Both the position numbers and the translations under genes were made by a program. The notes below the pieces were generated by a model. It did no database searches. It was not told where the DNA came from and worked only from the letters and a program-made list of their open reading frames with translations. A stretch of 64,000 bases of DNA from Parvularculaceae bacterium (GTDB taxonomy: Bacteria; Pseudomonadota; Alphaproteobacteria; Caulobacterales; Parvularculaceae), in NCBI GenBank assembly GCA_021776435.1, contig JAJFFW010000041.1, positions 6,351 to 70,350 of the forward strand, read 5' to 3'. This document shows, piece after piece, positions 27,832 through 35,630 of this stretch (the first letter of the stretch is position 1; the number at the start of each line of letters is the position of its first letter).

Positions 27832-30612
27832 TTATTTATCAGCTTCGGCCGTTCGCGACAAACCGTCCTCAGAGAAACCGAGCTTTCGCCGCAACATATC
27901 CCGATCCTCAAGGGTAAGCTCTCCATCTGGTATGATCCTGCGGATATTTTCCGTCAACGGCGCTTCGATTGTGGCCGGATCAACGGACTGGTCATATATT
28001 CTCCTCGCATCTGAAGCATTGGAGATTAATGTTCCGCCTGCTTTTGCGTTCTCGCGCGATAGATAGAACCACACATCGCGCGGCAACGAGCCGGGAATGA
28101 CCTCGCCATTCTCTGCCCGTTGATGATTTTGTCGGAAACCATCACTCTGGACATAGTCAACAATTTTGTCGATTTCGTCGCGAGTCAACGGGCCGCCAAA
28201 GCCATCGCCATTGCCAACACCCCAGGGCGGCATAAATTTGTCGAAGCGACCGGTATTGACGATTTTGAACATCGCCTGATGGGTCCGGTCAATATCCGCT
28301 TCAAGCGACAATCCGTCGATGCCCTCGCCGAACTGACCATGACAGCCGGCGCAATTGGCTTCAAACATCTGCTGGCCACTCAGACCGAGAACCGTGCCAT
28401 AGCCAACTTTGATTGGTTTGGAAGGTTGTAACGGGATGATGGTGCCGTCTTCGCGTTCCATCGGCTCGCGTTCGACGAGGCCCGCTTCATCAAAAATGAG
28501 AGGTGTCAGGATTGCAGCCTGCTCTTCTGTTGACTTCTGACGATATTTCATCCGCACCGTTCCATACCGGTTCGCGTCGTAGTGTTCGCCTTTCATCTTG
28601 GCGAACTCACGATTGTCTGCGCCGCCGACATTGATGACAACTTTTCCAGCGAGTAGGGGGGCGATCCCGTTAGAACCGTCGCCTTTGCTCGTATAAGCGA
28701 TGCCGTCGCCGTCATCATCCTCGCGAATGAATCCGGTATAGATTTCACCGGTTCGCTCGGATTCCGACTGCATGGAGCCACTCTGATCGACAGTCTGCAC
28801 CCACCAGCGCGAGAAGCGTTCAATCTGCGCATCGGTTCGGTGCGCCGGCGTCGCAAAGATCATCTCTCGCATAGCTGCGAGAGCGATGCCGACCCCGTAG
28901 GGTTCAACCACAACAGTGTCGTCGCCGAGCTGAGTGCGATAGACGCCGAATTCTTCAACCCAGTATTCGCTGTTGAGGAGGTTGAAGGTCTTGCGCGCCG
29001 CTGCCAGAAAGTCTTCGTCCTCGGTTAGATAATAGGCCGCCAAAAGCGCTCTAATGCCAGCCCAGTTGGGCGCGCTCAGATTGTTATCGCCAATCGATTG
29101 TCCGTCAACTGTATAAGACTCATTGAAAGATCCATCGGTATTTTGCACTTCGAGAAGGAAGCGGCCATTGCGCTCAACAATTTTCTGCGCGCGCCGGCTC
29201 GTCTTGGAATATTTCTCGAGAAGCTCCCAAGTTTGCGCCATATCTTGCAAGGCGACGATTGCCATCGTCATGTCGCGCATCGTTATTTGCGCGCCAGTTC
29301 CATTTTTAGGCGTCCATTCGGATACCAGAATGCCGTCCTTCAGGTGCATAGCCTCGATATTCTTGAAAACAGCGTTGGTTAGCGATTCCGCGACCAGCCC
29401 CATCTCTTTTTCGATGAACCCCCCGTCAACCGGCGGATTGTCTGTAAACACCATCGGGCGGCGCATTGCGGTCATGGCATAGGTGCTAGATCCCCAAATC
29501 CAGGACGCCTGGTCCCAGAGCTGGCTTGACTTGTCCTTGAGGCTCATCGACCAGAGGCGTTCCGGGATGTCGCCGACCCATAAAATGTTGGGTTCGATCT
29601 CATGGGGAATATAGCGCAGCCCTTGAGCCGGATCGTATTCGGCCGGATTGATGCCCATCAGCTTTTTGCCATCGGTGAACATCGACGATTTGACTTCGAG
29701 GATGGTGTTGGTCGCCGCCATCGTCAGACCCCAGCCGCGCATCCCTTCTTCGGCGTCATTACCCAGCATCGACACTTCAGTGCCGAGCGATACCGGCGAT
29801 ACCTCGTTATGCTCTGAGTGGAAAAAATAGTCCGACCACTGCATGCGCCGCTTCACAAATTGACCGATCGCGCCGAGATCGAAGGTCGTATTCATTTTGT
29901 CGGGATCGAAGCGTTGGGTGTAATCGTTCATATAAACGTTTGGTTGTCCCCAGCCACCCTTCTTATCGCTCATGGGGTCTTCGAAGCTGTCGGTATTGTC
30001 GAGCTTGCCTGTGAAATGAGGGTCAACCGACTTGTACTGGACGTAACTGACCTGAATGTCGTCAAAAACTCGCGGGAAGCCGGTCCGTTGATAAACCATC
30101 GGCAAGTACAGGCCGAGCATGATGTCTTTGTTGGAGAAGGTGCGCTCGCCGCGGTCGCGCTGGATCTTGTTATAGGACGAGTGACGCAGGGCCTGCATCG
30201 TCCAGTAAGGCGCATGCACCATATGGACGCCGGCGTGTCCGCGACCGCCGGTGTAATCGAGCAGATAGCGCGCGTAGAAATATATCTCCTTGGAAGTGAT
30301 CCATTGGAAGCCACGGCGATAGGCGACCGGCACACCGGCTTTGGCGAAGTCGTTGTAGCCCTCCATGCCAATCTTGAAGCCCTCATTGGCCATGAAGGTT
30401 GCGTCGTTCGTATAGAATCGCCGGTCCACAACTTTGCTGTCGAGAGGTGATCGATACATGCTGAGGTCGGGCTGTAGCGCGCCGCCCTTGATGTGAACGA
30501 TCCGGCCGTCCGGCGTGTAGAGTAGATTTTTGGCGATCACGATCGGTGTGATAAATAGACAGCCGCCGAGGATCAGTGCGATCACGCGTTTACGTGTTTT
30601 GGTACCTGTCAT
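27832..30612 (-). CDS. membrane-anchored 926-aa periplasmic protein of unknown family with C-terminal monoheme cytochrome c domain
   Basis: N-terminal anchor 'VIALILGGCLFITPIVIA'. About 700 aa that I cannot assign; the segment '...NGRFLLEVQNTDGSFNES...NWAGIRALLAAYYLTEDEDFLAAARKTFNLL' is reminiscent of alpha/alpha-toroid repeats. Then 'CAGCHG...FMPPWG'. Confidence 0.75.
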   Translation of the reverse strand: MTGTKTRKRVIALILGGCLFITPIVIAKNLLYTPDGRIVHIKGGALQPDLSMYRSPLDSKVVDRRFYTNDATFMANEGFKIGMEGYNDFAKAGVPVAYRRGFQWITSKEIYFYARYLLDYTGGRGHAGVHMVHAPYWTMQALRHSSYNKIQRDRGERTFSNKDIMLGLYLPMVYQRTGFPRVFDDIQVSYVQYKSVDPHFTGKLDNTDSFEDPMSDKKGGWGQPNVYMNDYTQRFDPDKMNTTFDLGAIGQFVKRRMQWSDYFFHSEHNEVSPVSLGTEVSMLGNDAEEGMRGWGLTMAATNTILEVKSSMFTDGKKLMGINPAEYDPAQGLRYIPHEIEPNILWVGDIPERLWSMSLKDKSSQLWDQASWIWGSSTYAMTAMRRPMVFTDNPPVDGGFIEKEMGLVAESLTNAVFKNIEAMHLKDGILVSEWTPKNGTGAQITMRDMTMAIVALQDMAQTWELLEKYSKTSRRAQKIVERNGRFLLEVQNTDGSFNESYTVDGQSIGDNNLSAPNWAGIRALLAAYYLTEDEDFLAAARKTFNLLNSEYWVEEFGVYRTQLGDDTVVVEPYGVGIALAAMREMIFATPAHRTDAQIERFSRWWVQTVDQSGSMQSESERTGEIYTGFIREDDDGDGIAYTSKGDGSNGIAPLLAGKVVINVGGADNREFAKMKGEHYDANRYGTVRMKYRQKSTEEQAAILTPLIFDEAGLVEREPMEREDGTIIPLQPSKPIKVGYGTVLGLSGQQMFEANCAGCHGQFGEGIDGLSLEADIDRTHQAMFKIVNTGRFDKFMPPWGVGNGDGFGGPLTRDEIDKIVDYVQSDGFRQNHQRAENGEVIPGSLPRDVWFYLSRENAKAGGTLISNASDARRIYDQSVDPATIEAPLTENIRRIIPDGELTLEDRDMLRRKLGFSEDGLSRTAEADK

Positions 30613-30678
30613 TGCTCCATGCCTCCGATGCGCGCGCGACCGTCGTACTCATTGATGCGGCCGCTAAAATAAACGTCT

Positions 30679-32193
30679 TTAAAAAATCACTTCCAGATTG
30701 GCCCGCAACACGAATGGCGGTGCTGGACCGAGGTCGGGCTCGATAACCCGAATGAGGCCGGACACGGTCATGCGAATTTGCGGATCCGGGCTGAAGATCA
30801 ATGAGGGGGCGACCATGCCGGTGAAGCCCCCCGAAAAGGAGGGTCTGTCGACGACGTCGAACACAAAAGCCTCGTCTCCGATCATCCCGCAGCCGCCGAC
30901 GGCGCCGGCGACGTCGACCGCGTCGCAGACGTGGATTTCCGGTTCCGGAATCTTGCCGGCATAGGAATCGTTTTGCTTATCGAACCCGACAAAGGTCAGA
31001 TCCATGGCCACAAAATCTTTGTAGATCGGCTTGACGAAGGATGCGAAATACGTGGTCGTGTCACCAAAATCGATACCGTCTTCTTCCTGTACGAATTTAT
31101 GGATCACGCCGATATGCCCGGCGCTGCGGCCCAGGAAGCTGTTGGGAGCGAACTGTCGAGTGAGGAATCCGCCGGTCAGGAAGCTAAAGTCGCCGGTGCC
31201 CGGCTGCAGGGTTGAAGGCAGGCGTCCATCGGCTGAGAAGCGACCAAAAATGCCGTCATTGAATGGAAAATCACCAATGAAGGCGTTGTCGAAATTCGCG
31301 CCGCCCGGAGCGAATGACAACGGCCCGGCAGACGGCGCGCCGAAAGCCCCGCCGTCGCCCATGGCCGGTCCATCACATAGCGCTCGATTGCCGAGATTGA
31401 AATTGTGAAAGAAGCATCTGGGATCGCCCCACACGCCCATATCCACATTCGCCTTCATGACCGCATCGAAACCCTGCGCCGCGATCGTGTTCGGAGGTTG
31501 CGGCCGTTTCGTCGTGACCCGTCCGTTCGAGCCAAAGGTCTCGTCATTGGCGCCGGTCGGAAAGAAGACGGCGCCGACAACGGCGAGGCCGAACGGATGA
31601 TTGCCCTGATCCCACACTTTTTTCTTGAGGAACACGCCGACGTCGCCGATCTCCTGCGTGCTGCCTGCGTTCTCTATGCTAATGAATTGTTGACCATTGG
31701 GATGAATGAAACCGTCAACGCTTGAACTCAGATAAGGCACGTTAACGCGGAGCGTGAAACCGTGAAGATACTTTCTGTTCAGGTCGAAACCATAGAGAAA
31801 ATCAAAATCGGTCAGATTGCGCTCGACTGTGGAATCTCCGAAGACGGCGAGGTTGGGAGATCCATTGCGAAAGAAGTCGTCGCCCTCGATACGCGTGTAA
31901 CGGTGGGTTAGTCCGACCGACACGGCGCCGGGGGGGAGAACGAAGGCATGCTGCGTAAAGGCAGGGCGCAAAAGCGGCGGAATAAAGGTCAGGATTTGCG
32001 TCTTGATCTGATTGCGCTCGAAGGCTTTTTGCTCTTCGCCTCCCAGCACGCCTTGCTCCGTACCCAATTCTAAATAGCGATCCGCTGCTGTGGGTTTATC
32101 TTTGTCCACATCTTCTTGAGCTTGGGCGCCGCCGCCCGCTGCAATCGAAAGAAGAAAAGCAAGACTTGCTCCGCTCCGGAGGAAATATTTCAT
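30679..32193 (-). CDS. outer-membrane beta-barrel protein (MetA-pathway/FapF-type transporter family-like)
   Basis: Signal peptide '...LLSIAAGGGAQAQ'. 'AVVGAVFFPTGAND' motif, alternating beta-strand pattern, C-terminal 'LEVIF'. No CXXCH. Confidence 0.7.
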   Translation of the reverse strand: MKYFLRSGASLAFLLSIAAGGGAQAQEDVDKDKPTAADRYLELGTEQGVLGGEEQKAFERNQIKTQILTFIPPLLRPAFTQHAFVLPPGAVSVGLTHRYTRIEGDDFFRNGSPNLAVFGDSTVERNLTDFDFLYGFDLNRKYLHGFTLRVNVPYLSSSVDGFIHPNGQQFISIENAGSTQEIGDVGVFLKKKVWDQGNHPFGLAVVGAVFFPTGANDETFGSNGRVTTKRPQPPNTIAAQGFDAVMKANVDMGVWGDPRCFFHNFNLGNRALCDGPAMGDGGAFGAPSAGPLSFAPGGANFDNAFIGDFPFNDGIFGRFSADGRLPSTLQPGTGDFSFLTGGFLTRQFAPNSFLGRSAGHIGVIHKFVQEEDGIDFGDTTTYFASFVKPIYKDFVAMDLTFVGFDKQNDSYAGKIPEPEIHVCDAVDVAGAVGGCGMIGDEAFVFDVVDRPSFSGGFTGMVAPSLIFSPDPQIRMTVSGLIRVIEPDLGPAPPFVLRANLEVIF

Positions 32194-32244
32194 ACCAAAG
32201 CCCCCTTTTGGGAAAATTATTAACCAAAATCTATTTCGTCATAC

Positions 32245-32259
32245 GCAACTGGCGTGCCA
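32245..32259 (-). promoter_or_regulatory. sigma54 (-24/-12) promoter
   Basis: The minus strand reads cTGGCACGCCAGTTGCg, an exact TGGCAC-N5-TTGC, 52 nt upstream of the ATG at 32193. Confidence 0.7.
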
Positions 32260-32384
32260 GACGCTCACGAACTCGTGATATCGTCTTGTGTTTTGTTTTT
32301 GTTGATAGATTTTGAAATCTGCAAGATTCTCCGTACTGACGATGCTGATTGGAGGTGAACAAAATTATCAATTTTTCGAATTCA

Positions 32385-32401
32385 TTGAACGAATGATTCA
32401 A
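32385..32401. promoter_or_regulatory. 17-bp palindrome, candidate enhancer (bEBP) site
   Basis: TTGAACGAATGATTCAA. 15/17 identical to the site at 38063-38079. About 130 nt upstream of the sigma54 promoter. Confidence 0.5.
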
Positions 32402-32425
32402 CCTCCCGCCATCGAGCTGGGCGCG

Positions 32426-34795
32426 TCACTTTCGGCGACGAGCCCGACGAATGACAACCAAACCTGTTCCAAACACTAGGAATGCAATGAATAACGGCAG
32501 ACCACGAGTTTTCATTGGGTCTTCCGGAGCGGGCAAGACCAACCAGTACCAGGGCGTCAGGGTGTGTTTGGAGGCGATTTCCCCATTGCTGCCATTCCAG
32601 TTGGCGAACGAAATCGGAATGAATTCACCTTCATTAAAGGAAACATCGCGCGGATCTTCAGCCTGACGGCTGCGCGACATCATGACGCGCCAGCGGCCAT
32701 ACTGCCATTCTCCACTTGCGGTTACGGATTGATCATCGCTGCGCGGATGAAGCCTTTGATCGTCGCCGACACCATCTAAAATCGTGATCTTCGGCTCGAT
32801 AACAGGATCTGCGCTACCGGCGTTCCAGTACCAGATGGCAGTTGGATGCGACTTATCACCATGTCGGAAGAATGGCTTTTCGACCGTTGGTCCAGTCTGG
32901 AATGAACCCGCCGTGGGAAGCTGGATGGCCAGAGCATCGGAGAAGAGTTGCAAAGTACGGTCTTGCGTCGCCAGCGCATCCGCGTCGCCCGGCCGACTGA
33001 GCGTGCGGTCGTCTAACTCCAGCAGGATAGCGATGTCATCATCATTGTAGAGCAATCGCACTGTCAGAGCGTCGGAGAGCGGCTTGAAAAGCCTTTCCCC
33101 TTTCATGATGTTGGCGAGAAGCATCAGCGTTGTCGGTTTTGCGGAGGCCCAGACCTCGTCATTGACGTTATCGGGGAGGGGGCCATCGATTCTGACACCC
33201 TGAATCGTTCGTTCACGGCTAACTGGAGTTGTGTAGTTTCGTAGCGTGTAGACATAGTTGGCGATATGCCAACGGTCCTCTTCGTCGATCTTATCCTCAT
33301 GAGCTGGCATTGGCGTGCCTGGAATGCCGACCGATAGCCGTGTGAAAATATTGCGGATTGTCCCTTCGGTATCTTCGGCAATTTCCGTGACACGCCAGGT
33401 CCATGGTTTGGTGAGGTCGCGCGGCCAGATGCGGTTTCCCCATTCGTCTTTGAGTCGCTTATCGACGGATGGGTTGCCTCGACCATCCGTTCCGTGACAG
33501 ATCGAACAAGTTTTTTCAAATAGATTTTTCCCCAATGCAACAGAGTCTTCCGTAAACGGAACGGGATTTTCGGCCGTACTCCGTTCGATAACGCTAAGGG
33601 GTTTGTTCTTGTAGCGTCCTTCGTCGTCGAAATCGGCATCAGGCGCGTCCGCAGGCGCCCATGTCCCGACGAGGTCAAACCCCTTGACGACCTTGATTAG
33701 TTCCCGGATTTGAGCGTCGCTTAGAACGCTTTCCCATGCCGGCATCGCGGTTCCTGGCAGACCCGTTTTGATGGTGTGAAAGAGATCCTCGTCAGAAGGG
33801 GGATTCGTTTTGAACGGGGACGTTTTATATTTGAACATCCCGATTGTGAAATCACGAGGCGCCGGATACACAAATTCGGCGGCGGGTCCGTCACCCGCCC
33901 CATCTTCACCGTGGCATACGGCGCAATGCAGTTCGTAAAGATCGCGACCGTGCAGGTTTTGGCGTTCATTCTCGATCGTGTCTTTCATTGACGTCACCGC
34001 TTTGGAGACGTCTTGATTCCACATTCTCGGCACTTGCCCCACATGGTCGTAAAGGAAGGTGATGACGCTCCAAACTTCTTCCTCGCTCAACACGTCTTTC
34101 CAAACGGGCATTGCTGAGTTCCATGGAGCGCCTTCTTTTGGCAACCCAGGACCGCCGGTGGTGATGCGCCAGAACAAATAGGCTTCTTGCAACTGCGCGA
34201 TCGTTCCGACATCACGGAAATTAGCGGGTGGCGGATTCAGCCCTGGCGCAAATATACCGTGCCCATCGAGAAGGTCGCCATGGCAGAAAAAACAATTTGT
34301 ATAATAGATATCAGATCCCTTCTCCACGGTCCGTTGATAATTTGTGGCGGCGGCGTCTGGGTCCGTTTTGAATGTTTCGAGGATTTCGTTGCGGAGGGGG
34401 TTTTCCAACGAAGTGAGATCGAAGGTCTTGTCATAGGCCTGCAATTGGCGTGGAGGGGCCGGGTGGACCTGTCGCAATTCGACCGGCGCAATGAGGGATT
34501 GTTTGACAACAGAGAATGCAATCAACCCCGCTAGACCCGTCGCTAATCCAAGGAACGCCCACCGAATTGGCCATTTTCCCTTGTCCTCGAGTGTGGATTT
34601 GATCGGCGCTTTGAACTCAGCCCACCTGCTGTCGTCGAATGAATAAAAGAGCAACACACCCACTGCGATGATGATCATATACTGGGCGAGTACGGATTTT
34701 GGCATGACTGGAGGAAAGGCATTGTCGAGAATAAGATAAGCAACGACAAGAACGAGTACGGCCTGCAGTAGGGCGGGTATTTTGAATCTCTTCAT
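32426..34795 (-). CDS. membrane-bound triheme cytochrome c fused to a DOMON/EB_dh-like haem-binding domain
   Basis: 789 aa. N-terminal TM helices. Three CXXCH sites (CFFCH, CAVCH, CSICH). The C-terminal about 220 aa ('DALAIQLP...FRHGD...AIWYWNAG...GRWRVMMSRSR...ISFANWNGSNGEIASKHTLTPWYWL') follow the pattern of the ethylbenzene-dehydrogenase/NarI-type-II gamma-subunit domain. C-terminal TM 'LPLFIAFLVFGTGLVVI'. Confidence 0.8.
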   Translation of the reverse strand: MKRFKIPALLQAVLVLVVAYLILDNAFPPVMPKSVLAQYMIIIAVGVLLFYSFDDSRWAEFKAPIKSTLEDKGKWPIRWAFLGLATGLAGLIAFSVVKQSLIAPVELRQVHPAPPRQLQAYDKTFDLTSLENPLRNEILETFKTDPDAAATNYQRTVEKGSDIYYTNCFFCHGDLLDGHGIFAPGLNPPPANFRDVGTIAQLQEAYLFWRITTGGPGLPKEGAPWNSAMPVWKDVLSEEEVWSVITFLYDHVGQVPRMWNQDVSKAVTSMKDTIENERQNLHGRDLYELHCAVCHGEDGAGDGPAAEFVYPAPRDFTIGMFKYKTSPFKTNPPSDEDLFHTIKTGLPGTAMPAWESVLSDAQIRELIKVVKGFDLVGTWAPADAPDADFDDEGRYKNKPLSVIERSTAENPVPFTEDSVALGKNLFEKTCSICHGTDGRGNPSVDKRLKDEWGNRIWPRDLTKPWTWRVTEIAEDTEGTIRNIFTRLSVGIPGTPMPAHEDKIDEEDRWHIANYVYTLRNYTTPVSRERTIQGVRIDGPLPDNVNDEVWASAKPTTLMLLANIMKGERLFKPLSDALTVRLLYNDDDIAILLELDDRTLSRPGDADALATQDRTLQLFSDALAIQLPTAGSFQTGPTVEKPFFRHGDKSHPTAIWYWNAGSADPVIEPKITILDGVGDDQRLHPRSDDQSVTASGEWQYGRWRVMMSRSRQAEDPRDVSFNEGEFIPISFANWNGSNGEIASKHTLTPWYWLVLPAPEDPMKTRGLPLFIAFLVFGTGLVVIRRARRRK

Positions 34796-34802
34796 GGCGC
34801 CT

Positions 34803-35630
34803 TCAACCGTTCTGGCTTTCGAGAAATTTCACGATGGCCTCGAGTTCTTTGATCGTCAGTTCATCTACGAAGTAATCGGGCATCATCGGCTCGTAACCAT
34901 CGGCAATCACCGACATCGGATCGATGATGCTCTGGCGGATCTGTTCAGTGGTCAGGCGCGCCCCCACAGTTCTAAGATCGGGACCGATATCCACCTCGCT
35001 GTCGAGAATGCTGTGGCAGGCTGTGCAACCGTAATTCATCAAAAGGTCTGCGGCGGTCGCCGTCTCGCCAGAAACCGCAGGCTCAGCGGCGGAATCATTT
35101 GCAGGTTCCGGCGCCGGTTCGAGCCGGGCGGTCGGCAGAGCGACTGTCACATCGTGCCCGTCCTTGGATTCAAGAAACGCAATGATTGCGTCCATTTCCA
35201 TCTGAGATAGCTGAATCGGCGCTTGGTTGACCGGTGGCATGGGCGATATCTGGTCATCGGTGCCTTTCTTGCCAAAGCCCGGCACGACATAGGCGCTTGG
35301 TTCCGTCATCGATTCCCGAATATAGCTGGCAGCATCGACCGCATCTCCTTCATAGCCCTCAGCGGAGATCCGCGATGCAGAGGTGTCGACGACGTTTAAG
35401 GCCAGGAGGTCAGGCGCCCGCCCCATATTGTTGTGACATAACGCGCAAGTCCCTTTTCCTGTGAAAAGCTTTTCTCCCAATCGGGTGAAATCCGCCATCG
35501 TCAGTGAGCTGACGTCGATTGTTGTTTCCTCCGGCGGCTCGCCCTGCACTTGCGGCAAAAGGTTAGCGACCCCGGTGAAGACCAGAGTGAGGAGAAGGCT
35601 GAACCCCGCGACTTTTCCCAACACCCGCAT
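34803..35630 (-). CDS. diheme c-type cytochrome
   Basis: 275 aa. N-terminal anchor or signal. CALCH and CTACH. Start overlaps the upstream stop (TGATG). Confidence 0.85.
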   Translation of the reverse strand: MRVLGKVAGFSLLLTLVFTGVANLLPQVQGEPPEETTIDVSSLTMADFTRLGEKLFTGKGTCALCHNNMGRAPDLLALNVVDTSASRISAEGYEGDAVDAASYIRESMTEPSAYVVPGFGKKGTDDQISPMPPVNQAPIQLSQMEMDAIIAFLESKDGHDVTVALPTARLEPAPEPANDSAAEPAVSGETATAADLLMNYGCTACHSILDSEVDIGPDLRTVGARLTTEQIRQSIIDPMSVIADGYEPMMPDYFVDELTIKELEAIVKFLESQNG

